Shown piece by piece: positions 14,105 through 24,188 of a DNA stretch of 64,000 nucleotides. The notes beneath the pieces were generated by a model. That model was not told where the DNA came from. It was given only the letters and a program-made list of their open reading frames with translations, and did no database searches. Source of the stretch: Bugula neritina. Taxonomy: Eukaryota > Animalia > Bryozoa. The stretch is taken from contig OZ037772.1 in NCBI GenBank assembly GCA_964035545.1, positions 5,150,233-5,214,232 of the forward strand, read 5' to 3'. Within the stretch, counting starts at the first letter, position 1. The number at the start of each line of letters is the position of its first letter. Both the position numbers and the translations under genes were made by a program.

Positions 14105-15514
14105 TAACAGGGAAAATAAACAGAAACCTAAAAATTCTAGTTAACTTACACTTACTGTATCATCCTCCTTCCTAGCAGTGACGTTCAAGAGAAGAGGTAA
14201 TCCATATGTATCTGTCAGTTAGGGGAGCCTCACCTCTAGTCACATGACTTCTATACTCATAAATTCTGACCACCAAGTCATCATTAATGTAGCTTCTCAA
14301 CCCTGCAATGGTTCCCACTCTATGAACCGTATCAACTGTAAAATTTTGATTAGTTCGAATTATCAGCTATCACCAAAATCTCACAGGACTCAGCTGACAT
14401 AAACTGTAATATAAACTGTTTGATATATATTATACTGCATAAGGATAATATATATACTATATACATAATTGCTTGTGTATTCAATTGAAGAAATACACTC
14501 ATTGTGACAAGACAGTCAAAGCAAAGACACAAGGTGAATAAAGATTCATTAAAAGTTACGCAAACCACAAGGGGCAGATTCATTATTAAATACAAAACCT
14601 TTTACTACACGATGATATATAATAGCATAGCTTACAACTGTGTTACTTCAGGAATATAACGAACTCAAACTCAGCTGTCTTCTTCACTGAACTATCCATC
14701 GTGTGATATGGTTAGCGTGTTCTCAAGGGTCAAAAGGTTAAAAAGTCTATTAAAAGAAGAATATGGTGAATATCAGGTGGATGGATGGAGGAAAGCACAT
14801 GGTCTACACATCACTACTTGCACAGCCTGTCAACAGTAGAGGCAAAAAGTGTCAATAATACTTCCAAAATCAGGATTTATGAAAAATCAGTGAACAGTTG
14901 CCAATAATATCCTGAGAGTATTATGAATTATAGAAAAACTAACAAAAATTGTGGGCTGTAAGTATGCCGATGCCGTTAGCGGCGTAGCAAAATAGAGTGC
15001 TTAGGTACACAGCAGGGGTCAAGGATTTTTCCTCGTGTTGCGCTGCAAAACAAAAAGCTCTTCCCATTTGTGCGAGAGTGTTCTATTGAGAACGTTTATA
15101 TCAGCTAGTGCTATTGGAGAGTTTAGCAAAATTGGTTTTCTTGTCATTGTATTCTGGGTGAATACGGTGATTTGCTGGGCAAATCACGAGTGGAAATTGG
15201 AGTGACTAAGGGGCGGTTTGGAGGTCTCGGTGACAGTTTGGGGCTGTCGATATATTATAAGTTACAGTTATTCTTCGTTATTTGTTTTGAGTTTGACCTT
15301 TATTTTAATTTGCACCTGCAGGTGACAAGCTATTTCGGCTTCATTACTTTTGTTATTATAGTTCTTATTTTTATTTTACTGTCAGTAATAATGTGATATA
15401 ATCATAATATAACTGATGTTTCTTACTGTTACTTATAAGTAGTTAGTAAGTTTGTGCATTCTGGTTCTTAGTCGAGTAGTTTATTACTCATACTTGTTGA
15501 CTGTAGAGAACGGA

Positions 15515-17279
15515 ATGTCACGGCCAGAGATGAAAAGTGAAGGTGAGGACTCTCCTGGGGAGAGTTCGGCAGTTGGTGGTGCATCCAACCTTGGCCGGCC
15601 ATCATCTGTGAGAACCGGGCTTGTAGCTCCAGTTCTGTTGGATGCGAGGGTCTTGGCTAGCGTCCTTAATCAGGCAAAAGGCCCGATTCTGTCGAGGATT
15701 CGACAAGCCACGTCCCAGTTTACTGGTGATGGCAGTGTGGACGTCACTGCATAGATCAAAAAGTTTGAAGGACTCTGCAAGGTGGAGCAGATTGCCCCAA
15801 CAGAAATTCTTATTTACATGTTGGGTGGCAATGCTGCTAGCGTCTACAGCAGGATGCGTGTGGGCGAGGTATCCCAGTGGGATGTAGTGAAAGCGGCCTT
15901 GTCGCCCGAGTATGCCATGCCCAGGCAGGAAGCATGGCGTAGGTTCATTACCTGCCGTATGGAAGACGGGGAGACGGTTGATGTGTACCTGGACCGCTTG
16001 GAGCGGTTTGCTGGCCGGGTCGGCATGACCTGCAATGAACTGAGTTTTTGAGCTCAATTTTATAAAGGCTTGCCGGTCTCTGTTTACGAGTGGGCAGTAA
16101 CCCTCGAAAGTGCCTACACGGCCGTCTTTGGGTCAGTGTTGGCACGTGAGGAAGAGTGGTCTCGCGTAGGGCTGTTGCACACCGTTTTAGGTCTAGGCTA
16201 CAGTCGAGGGTAGTCGCTGCTGCTTTTGGAAGAGCGCAGCAGCAGTCAGGTGACAGTTCTTGCTATTGGTGTGGGGGTGCACACCGGGTAAAGGATTGCA
16301 CCGAGAGCAGGCGGGCCTCTTTCGACAGACGGCCCGTGGGGAACTCTTCTGTGAAAAGAGCTGGATGCTTCCGGTGCAGAGGCATTGATCACCAGATCCG
16401 GGACTGCCGGAAACCGCCTGCAGTGGCTGCGGGGCTGGAAGGTAACCAGCCGGGTTTTCAGGCAGAGGATGCAACTTGGGGCGCCGCATTTTCCAACATG
16501 GATACCACAGTTTAGGCGTTAACCGCCGAGGGCCTTGCTCTTCATCGTTGAGCGAGGTTCTGAGCAGTGCATGTGTCCCGCGGGATAGCTTGGCCCTATC
16601 TAGGGCAATTAGTAGGACTACCACAAGTAGCCGTATGCCCGTCATTCAGGCCGGGCTGAACGGCTGCTGTTTCTCAAGTCTTGTTGACACTGGAAGCGAG
16701 CAGACTCTGGTAAGTCTGTGGGTGGTTGGTGGGAAATGCCTCAAAGCAGGACGGCCGTCATTAACGGCTGATGGTAGTGCCTCTCATGTGGAGGGCACTT
16801 GCCAAGTTACCGTTGGGTTGCAGGGACACTGCTTCAGTGTATCGGCTCCTGTCATGAGCAAGTTGGGAAACTTTGGCATTGATTGCCTCATTGGTGGTGA
16901 GGCCATCGATCATATGGGAGGTGTGACTGTCAGGAAAGGCGATACTCAGTTATCTGGAGGAAGCAGAGTTCATGTGGGTGCTGTGACTTTCCTCGACAGA
17001 AAGTTGCCAGCCCAGGCCTGGCTTGTGGGGCTACGACAGCAGCCAATAATAGTTGTGGCAGTAACTGGGGGTCGCTGCGAGTGGAGGATCCTGACTTTGT
17101 GGCTAAGTTCGACAATGGTCGATGGACCATCAGCTGGCAGTGGACTGGTGAATCTCCATCAAAGCTCTAAACTTGTGTGTCAGAGTACAGGTGTACTCAG
17201 GCGCCTCAGATTCATGAACGCTACTGCGCAGAGCTGGAGAGCTGGATTTTCAAGGGTTGGTTGAAGCGATGGGAAGGCT
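15515..17279 (+). pseudogene. Degenerate, 3'-truncated Ty3/Gypsy gag-protease
   Basis: Capsid-like gag with in-frame stops (15752, 16049) and a frameshift near 16150. Two zinc knuckles (CYWCGGAHRVKDC, CFRCRGIDHQIRDC) and an aspartic protease motif LVDTGS. Ends before RT. A possible 5' LTR starts near 14957 (TG), but no partner LTR is seen. Confidence 0.85.
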
Positions 17280-17828
17280 ATGGCTATGACTAAAATGAGC
17301 TTGAAAACTTCAGCAGCTGTAGTTCTTGAGGTTAATAGATAGTTACTTAGCTATTACCAAATATTAATGTACTTTTTTGCCACTTTATGGTGAATAGCTG
17401 TACTGTATCCTATAATATATTTTTTCTACATTTGGTTATTTTATATTAAAGTTGAATAATTTCGTATGATACAGGATCATTGCTATAGTACCACTCCCGA
17501 TGCTTCGAAGCAAAGAGTAAGTTTTTTGGAAGAAAAGGTTAGCCAATTACAGAGGCAAGCTAGCAAGTCAACCAGACATGCCAAAAGATAAAAAATGAAG
17601 CTTGCAGAATGCATCAAGCTGGTCAAAGAAAAAAAGCTCAATCAATGATGAATTGGAAGAAAAGTTGAAAGGTTTCGCTGGTATGATTTACAATTTAATA
17701 GCATCTTGACATTTTTAGTCGAAACTCTGTCTTAAGTTGATATTACCATACATATGTTTCTGGTGGCCTAATCACTTCACTCCGTGGCAGATACTCAGAA
17801 AGTCAGCAAAAATTTGCACTAATGCTAC

Positions 17829-18122
17829 TGTAGTGAAATTAGTGCTAGTTTGCTAAGCTATTTTAGCTACACTAAGAAAAGCTTTCCACAGCACAGCCAG
17901 TGCTAACTCTGGCACTTGGCAATAGTTAGTGCTAGTGAACTGGTGTAATTTTAAGAAAGCAAAATAAGTAAGTTATTTACATTAATTATATTGTTTCCTT
18001 TTTTTGTTTATTGTTTATTTATGTTTATCCTGATCATGTAAGTTTGAATTGTAATAATTGTAGTCTTGACGATGTCAACCAGATGTCAATAGAAGTATAA
18101 TAAAACATAATAAAGAACATCA
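17829..18122 (+). repeat. BEL/Pao 5' LTR
   Basis: TG...CA; matches 23880-24164; right end approximate. Confidence 0.85.
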
Positions 18123-19265
18123 GTGAAGAGTTAATGCTCAACTCTAAGCCTAGTTCACTACAGTCAAGATTATTCGTAACCAAGTCAAGATTTTCTTATT
18201 GAGTCAAGTCAAGATAATTCCCAAAGTCAAGTCAAAGATAATTAAGAAGAATAATAAAGATCTGCTGGACCAGTAGAGATTTTTGGAGTTGGAATTGTCC
18301 ATACATACAGATAAGCTGATGTGGGCATAAAGTAGATGAATTCCAGTGATACATCCAAAAGAGAAGTCTCACAGGCCAGCTAAGTCAAAGTGTTATTCAA
18401 ATATGTTCAGTTATGATGATGCATACAAATGCAGCTATAAGGGAATGGAACATTCAAGAAGTTCATTTGATGATGTGTGTATGAATTGATTAGAGTTAAT
18501 AGTTTCTACATCAAGCTGGAACATTGGATTTAGCTTTTTGTCACAAATTTGTCACCATATGTGTTTTGTCATAATATTTTTCTATATGCAAGAAATTAAG
18601 TTTTGCTATTGTTATTTGTTATAGTGCAGGCTAAGTTGTAAAAAGCTTTGTCTGCAAATCTCATTGACTTGGGTGCTTTAAAATCCAAGTCAAATCATTG
18701 CTAGTATAGGTATCTGTGCCAGCATTTTGTCAAAGCCCTCCAGAAAGCTTTCCAGTCTCAAACATAAAACAGCATTTCCTTGTTACTCTGTCATTGTCAT
18801 AATATGTTGTCTAATTGCTGTCATCTATCTAGTGGTATTATTATACAAATTGGTGATTTAGCACATTTTGGTTATTTTTAACATTTGTGGTGCATGAACA
18901 CAAAGCACTGTAGATTGTCATTTGGAGACAACACTTGTATATGTCATTGATATTTGTATGTGAGACATAGGTTATGTTGTAAACAATTGTGTAGGTTGTT
19001 TGATTATAAATGCACTCAGTACTAGTTTGTTCACTTTCAGATCTAAAGCTAAACTTTATATATTGATAAATTGTTTTTTTTTGTGTTGTATCTGACAATA
19101 TTTATTGTGATAATTCTCTATGTGTTAGCATCATTTTGATAAATTTGTCAATCTCTATGGATTACGTATAACTTTTAGTAATAATTGTTAATTGATTACA
19201 CTTAATTATATAAGATGAGTGATTTATACATGGAAGTGTTAAACTGCATGTCGGTGAAACAACTC

Positions 19266-19311
19266 CGTGGTGAGTCGGAAACGCTGGACCTTTTCCAGCG
19301 GCTAATAGTGC
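19266..19311 (+). ncRNA. 3' part of an HDV-like self-cleaving ribozyme (R2 5' UTR), 5'-truncated
   Basis: Reads CGTGGT (L3/P3) - GAGTC (P1 3') - GG (P1.1) - hairpin CGCTGGA-ccttt-TCCAGCG (P4) - GCTAA (J4/2) - TAGTGC (P2 3'), upstream of the R2 ORF. Confidence 0.6.
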
Positions 19312-21561
19312 ATAACCTCAGTTCGCTTTTTATTTTTATTTTTAGAACCGAGGTTTTTTCATTCCAGAGGACATGCCGCCAAAAACTAGGCGTAATGAAA
19401 CCCCCACTGGGGCTTCTACCTCTGTGGACTCAGATGTGTGCCGACTGCAGCAGTGTGGCAACAGCAGTTGTTCTACCAGAACGAACAGGAACATAGCGAC
19501 CAATTTTGTCGTAGTTCCAAAATATTCAGATTGGGGCGTTGACAGACCTTTCATCTGTCAAGTATGCACCTTCTACCAGTGCACCCCATGTGGTTCAGCT
19601 TACAGCTCCCTGCGTGGACTCTCTCTACATTTGAGGAGATCCCACGAGGAACGTTACCATCAGGGAGAGGCTGAAAGAGAGGTGAGGAAACTGAGATGGG
19701 ACGATGGAATGTTAATAAGACTGGCTAGGGAGGAGGTGAAGCTTCGGCAGCAAGGAGTACGGCACATCAATCAGGAATTGCAGAAATGCTTTCCTGAGTA
19801 CAGTATTGAATCGATCAAGGGGCAGAGAAACAAGAAGGTAAGGTATTCTCAGCTACTGGCTGAAGAGTACGCGAAAGCCGACAACGTGCCAGAAACGCAA
19901 CCAGCCGTAGACTCACTAAATCCCAATGCCAAAGAGGAACTAGTTGCCATCAGGAACCATGTGGATCTCTCCCTCATTTTTGGTGAAGAGGTCATAGACG
20001 TGAATGCCGTCTTAGACCAGGATGTGCTCGACACATCGCTGGAGAGGCTCTTTCCGGCAGTTCGGAAAACAAACTCGGGTGGTGCCAACAGGCAGGATGC
20101 AGACCTTGGGGATCCCTCGGTGACTCTCACGAGTCGCCGCAGACGTCGACGTCTCTATAAACGAGTACAGAGGATGTTCTGCCGGGACCCCAAGCGTCTG
20201 ATGAGTGGTATACTTCAGGAAAGCCTTGATGTCAAGGACTCTATTCCTCAAAGTGCTGAGGAGTTTTGGACCGAGCTGCTGGGAAGGGAATCTCCAGTCG
20301 ATGTGCCGGAGTACAATGATCCCCACGTCAGACTGGACGGCCTTATGGGCCCCATCTCGGAAGAAGAGGTAGTTAAATATCTCTCTCGGAAGAGTAGTGG
20401 GGCACCGGGGCCGGACGGCCTGACGTGGCGGATGCTCAAGAACAATAAAGAAAAGGAACTCACATCTCTTTTTAACCTCTGGTTGTACCTAGGTTCTGTT
20501 CCTTCCAGAATTTGTGAGGGAAGGACCACCCTCATACCGAAAGCCCCAGGTACTACTGATCCTAGCCAGTACAGGCCCATTACGGTGGGTTCTGTCCTCT
20601 TGCGGCTGTATCATAGTATCTTGGGGGAGGTTGGAAAGTTCGCTACCAATCTCCCAATGCCAGAAAGGGTTTCGGCAGGGTGATGGTATTTACTTTAATT
20701 CCATACTCCTGCAGAAATGCATTAGTGACGCCAGATCTAAATGTCGAAACCTCCGACTCGCATTTCTGGATATGCGCAAAGCCTTTGACAGCGTTGGGCA
20801 CGGTGCACTATGGACGGCTTGTAGGCGACTGGGTGTCCCTGAGCATCTAGTGGAGTACTTCTCGAAATTTTACTCAATGAGTAGTACAAAGCTGGTGCTC
20901 GGGGACACATTGTCTAGTAGTATTACATCTAAAAGAGGGATCAAGCAAGGCGATCCCATGTCAGTGCACCTGTTCAACGCTGTTATCGATCTTTGCGTAC
21001 AAAAACTTAATTGTAACATTGGGTACAGGATTGGTGACGAGAGGGTCACGTATATGGCTTTTGCCGACGATATTATTCTTTTTTCCGAAAGCAAGGAGGG
21101 CCTGAGTGTCAATGCTGAGCTCCTAATTAGTGAGCTAGGGAAAGCAGGGTTTCAAGCAAACCCTAGTAAGAGTGCTACAATTAGCATTGGTGCGAGAAAG
21201 GGGAAGTGGTTCTCGGACAGCAAGACGTTTTTGAAGGTAGACGGGGTCGAGGTACCGGCTGTGTCCATCACGGATACATACCGGTATCTTGGCGCCCAGG
21301 TAGGTGTGAAGTTAGAGGGATCAAACCCTAGGAAAGAAATCACCCATCGGATTAGAGAGGCTGTCCCGAGCACCACTTAAACCTCAGCAAAGACTTTTTC
21401 TTTTGAGGGAGCACTTTTTGCCTAAGTTTTTCCACCAATTGGTACTACTTGAGCCATCTTCCAAAACGCTGAGTGGATTGGATTACCAAGTACGCTCAGC
21501 GGTAAAGAAATGGCTCAAAGTCAAGCAGCAATGTCCAAGCGCGTTTTTATACGCCAGCATC
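19266..21561 (+). mobile_element. R2-clade non-LTR retrotransposon, 5' part (ribozyme remnant, Zn finger, Myb, RT), with two frameshifts
   Basis: CCHH finger CTPCGSAYSSLRGLSLHLRRSH and Myb-like WDDGMLIRLAREE..INQEL..ESIKGQR. RT motifs APGPDG, YRPITV, QKGF, LDMRKAFDSVGH, GIKQGDPMS, MAFADD, then APLKPQQR. Frameshifts near 20625 and 21345. Ends at FLYASIKD. Confidence 0.92.
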
Positions 21562-23655
21562 AAGGACAAACTAAATCGCTATGGGATGCCAGCAACTGGC
21601 GACAAAGAAGAGTTAAAGCATCGCCTACTCAAAAAGTTTGAAAGTCATCAAACACAGGTGGACAAAAGTACAAATGATAAGTGTAAGGTAGAAGTAAGTT
21701 CACAAAAAGACACACCTTCAAATACCAAACATGAAGACTCAGTGCAGCACAATGATTTCAACTCTCGTGACCACAGAAAGGCTGCAAAGGCAAGAAGAAA
21801 AGCTGAAATACGAAAACTGCTGGGTGAGATGGACAGATCTAGTGATGAGGACTCATCAGGTCACAAAAAGGAAAATTACCACTTGCAAGAAGCTTGTGTT
21901 CATGGAAGTCCAATGATGTTTGAGAGGTTACCAGCACCTACCCCGCCTGTATTTAATGGCAACGTACTTGAATATCATGATTGGAAGGTAGCATTTGATG
22001 GATTGATTGGTCATCTCCCTTTACAACCAAGCCAGAAGTTCTACTACCTAAAGCAGTATTTGAGTGGTAGAGCACTCAATGCTGTAAGCAGTTTTCTTTT
22101 AATAAACACAGAGAAGGCATACATGAAAGCACGAAATCTCCTAGACAAGAGATATGGAGATCCTTATTTACTCAGTAGAGAGATTCAAACAAAGTTGAGA
22201 GCTTGGCCAAAAATAGCTACAAGAAACACCGAGGGACTACGTGACTTTTCTGACTTCTTAACCAAATGCCTCACAATGAAAAATGAAACAAAATCCTTAA
22301 ACTATCTTGACAGTGTTTTTGAAATCTTAGAGTTAACTCGGAAACTCCCAGAATGGGTCATAAACAAAAGGAATGACAAGGCCTATGAATATAGAGAAGA
22401 AAATGGAGAACATCCTGATTTTAACAAGTTCGTAAAATTTTTGCGCATGGAGTCAGATAAGGCATGTATTTCTGTGTATTCGTTAGCAGCAGTGAGACAA
22501 ACTACTGAATCTAATAAAAGGAGGGATATTTATACCAAGGCAATACCAGAAAGAAAGTCTATGATGATGAACAACATTTTTGATGAGAAAACCACACATT
22601 TAACCAGGAAACGTGAAAAGTGTGTTATTTATTCAAAGAAGCATCCTACAGTATTACACCAAGAGGACCAGTGGAAGAAACCTGAAAATACTATATGTTA
22701 TGAAGATGAATCTCCAACAAAAGAAGTGGTGGCTGCTCAAGATATTCTACGGACTGTAGACCAAGACTTTAAGTACGTAGATAATCAGTCTTCAACAGTT
22801 TTTGGACAAGTTGGCAACGTATCACAAGATGACATGAAGTGTATGAATATTGAAAAAGAAAACGTAAAGCAAAATGTATCTAGTTGCTTGTCCATGAAAG
22901 ACGACATTGAGCCATCGCATGAAAGTAAAATAACAGTATTTACCCGAAAAGAGGTAAAGTTTCAAAAATTTGTAGATCCAGCTATTCAGGACCTGTATGA
23001 TTTTGCTGATGCAAATTGGTTGGGATGCATCTCAAGGAAGTTTAGAGGAAATTCACATCAAGGAAATGAAGAAAGGAGAAATTCATTCCATCTTTTAAGG
23101 GCCAAAGCACGTACAACACCATCGATGATTACCACTGTATCTCGCTTAGAGTTGAAAATAGCAACTCATTTGAGCAAATTAGTTAGACCTGAACAAGTGT
23201 TTGCGTACAATAGTTTTAAGATAGAACTAGAATATATAGCAAATAAAACTTGGCCATCTCAAGCATTAGTCTCAAATGACATTCAACAAGTAAAGAATCG
23301 CACCAACATGTTTCAATTGACACATGTCTCAACTAGAAATAGTCTAGCTCAGTTACAACTTATGGAACTAACGTTTGAAAAACATGAACAGTCAACCTCG
23401 TTTCATAGACCAACATGTCTCTGCTCTATAACAGAAGATCGCTCATCTCCTACATGTTTAGCAAGCTATGAATCTATGGCAGACTATGCAATGAAGTCAA
23501 GGTATAATGATGCCTTGCAGTTAAAAGGACTAGCAATCGCGAAGTTTGTAGAATGGTTTACAGGGTTCACAATGTTTCACTTAACACTTTATGCTTGCAA
23601 ACTAATACTTAGGAAAATACTTAGACGCTATAAACAAGATATGGCAGGTGACTAA
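21562..23655 (+). CDS. BEL/Pao SAP-gag plus eroded pol ORF, 3' part (its first 17 codons are at 19215-19265)
   Basis: Joining 19215-19265 to 21562 gives MSVKQL|KDKLNRYGMPATGDKEELKHRL, a SAP-motif pattern, followed by Pao gag; the reconstituted ORF is 714 aa without stops. Confidence 0.75.
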   Translation, partial: KDKLNRYGMPATGDKEELKHRLLKKFESHQTQVDKSTNDKCKVEVSSQKDTPSNTKHEDSVQHNDFNSRDHRKAAKARRKAEIRKLLGEMDRSSDEDSSGHKKENYHLQEACVHGSPMMFERLPAPTPPVFNGNVLEYHDWKVAFDGLIGHLPLQPSQKFYYLKQYLSGRALNAVSSFLLINTEKAYMKARNLLDKRYGDPYLLSREIQTKLRAWPKIATRNTEGLRDFSDFLTKCLTMKNETKSLNYLDSVFEILELTRKLPEWVINKRNDKAYEYREENGEHPDFNKFVKFLRMESDKACISVYSLAAVRQTTESNKRRDIYTKAIPERKSMMMNNIFDEKTTHLTRKREKCVIYSKKHPTVLHQEDQWKKPENTICYEDESPTKEVVAAQDILRTVDQDFKYVDNQSSTVFGQVGNVSQDDMKCMNIEKENVKQNVSSCLSMKDDIEPSHESKITVFTRKEVKFQKFVDPAIQDLYDFADANWLGCISRKFRGNSHQGNEERRNSFHLLRAKARTTPSMITTVSRLELKIATHLSKLVRPEQVFAYNSFKIELEYIANKTWPSQALVSNDIQQVKNRTNMFQLTHVSTRNSLAQLQLMELTFEKHEQSTSFHRPTCLCSITEDRSSPTCLASYESMADYAMKSRYNDALQLKGLAIAKFVEWFTGFTMFHLTLYACKLILRKILRRYKQDMAGD

Positions 23656-23879
23656 AGATAAAACGGAACCAAACTAAGACAGTCGTCGTAAGGGGCGAAC
23701 TTTCACTTAGGATTAGCTCTATGTATAATTGTATTTAAATGCTATTCCTTAGTTTTTTTTGTTAAGTATGTTGTTATATGTATTTATATGTTTGTTTTGT
23801 GTCATTTTTGGTTAACGATTCACTAAAAATCTAAGCTGTTATCAAATGTTTGAGAAATCGGAGCGATTTCTGGGGGGTG

Positions 23880-24164
23880 TGTAGTGAAATTAGTGCTAGT
23901 TTGCTAAGCTATTTTAGCTACACTAAGACAAGCTTTCTACAGCACAGCCAGTGCTAACTCTGGCACTTGGCAATAGTTGGTGCTAGTGAACTGGTGTAAT
24001 TTTAGGAAAGCAAAATAAGTAAGTTATTTACATTAATTATATTGTTTCCTTTTTTTGTTTATTGTTTATTTATGTTTATCCTGATCATGTAAGTTTGAAT
24101 TGCAATAATTGTAGTCTTGACGATGTCAACCAGATGTCAATAGAAGTATAATAAAACATAATAA
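23880..24164 (+). repeat. BEL/Pao 3' LTR (right end truncated)
   Basis: Near-identical to 17829-18113; preceded by a polypurine tract. Confidence 0.85.
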
Positions 24165-24188
24165 TCCTTAAATATTGACTACATCATG

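Larger units (their letters stand above)
17829..24164 (+). mobile_element. BEL/Pao LTR retrotransposon, non-autonomous, interrupted by an R2 fragment
   Basis: Direct ~285-bp LTRs starting TGTAGTG with about 5 substitutions. PPT-like ctggggggtg precedes the 3' LTR. Pao gag motifs (FNGNVLEYHDW, KFYYLKQYLSG, LLDKRYGDP) and an eroded Pao RNase H (DFADA..AKARTTP..VSRLEL). No RT or integrase. The 3' LTR end is clipped and no TSD is found. Confidence 0.88.

Noticed and set aside
18146-18700. Harbinger transposase remnant in the BEL 5' UTR
   Set aside because: Only vague motif hints (ADVG, PYVF) among many stops, and no matching TIR pair.
19240-19275. 28S rDNA target site flanking R2
   Set aside because: The flanks are BEL gag sequence; no rRNA-like sequence was seen in the window.
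19270-21557. R2 insert removable as an intron (GTGAGT donor at 19270, ..tacgccAG acceptor at 21557)
   Set aside because: The donor is phase 1 and the acceptor phase 2; the spliced product hits a stop within a few codons, so gag is not restored.
21403-23655. 750-aa ORF as a single genuine gene
   Set aside because: It is a chimera of R2 post-RT sequence (to 21561) and the BEL ORF.
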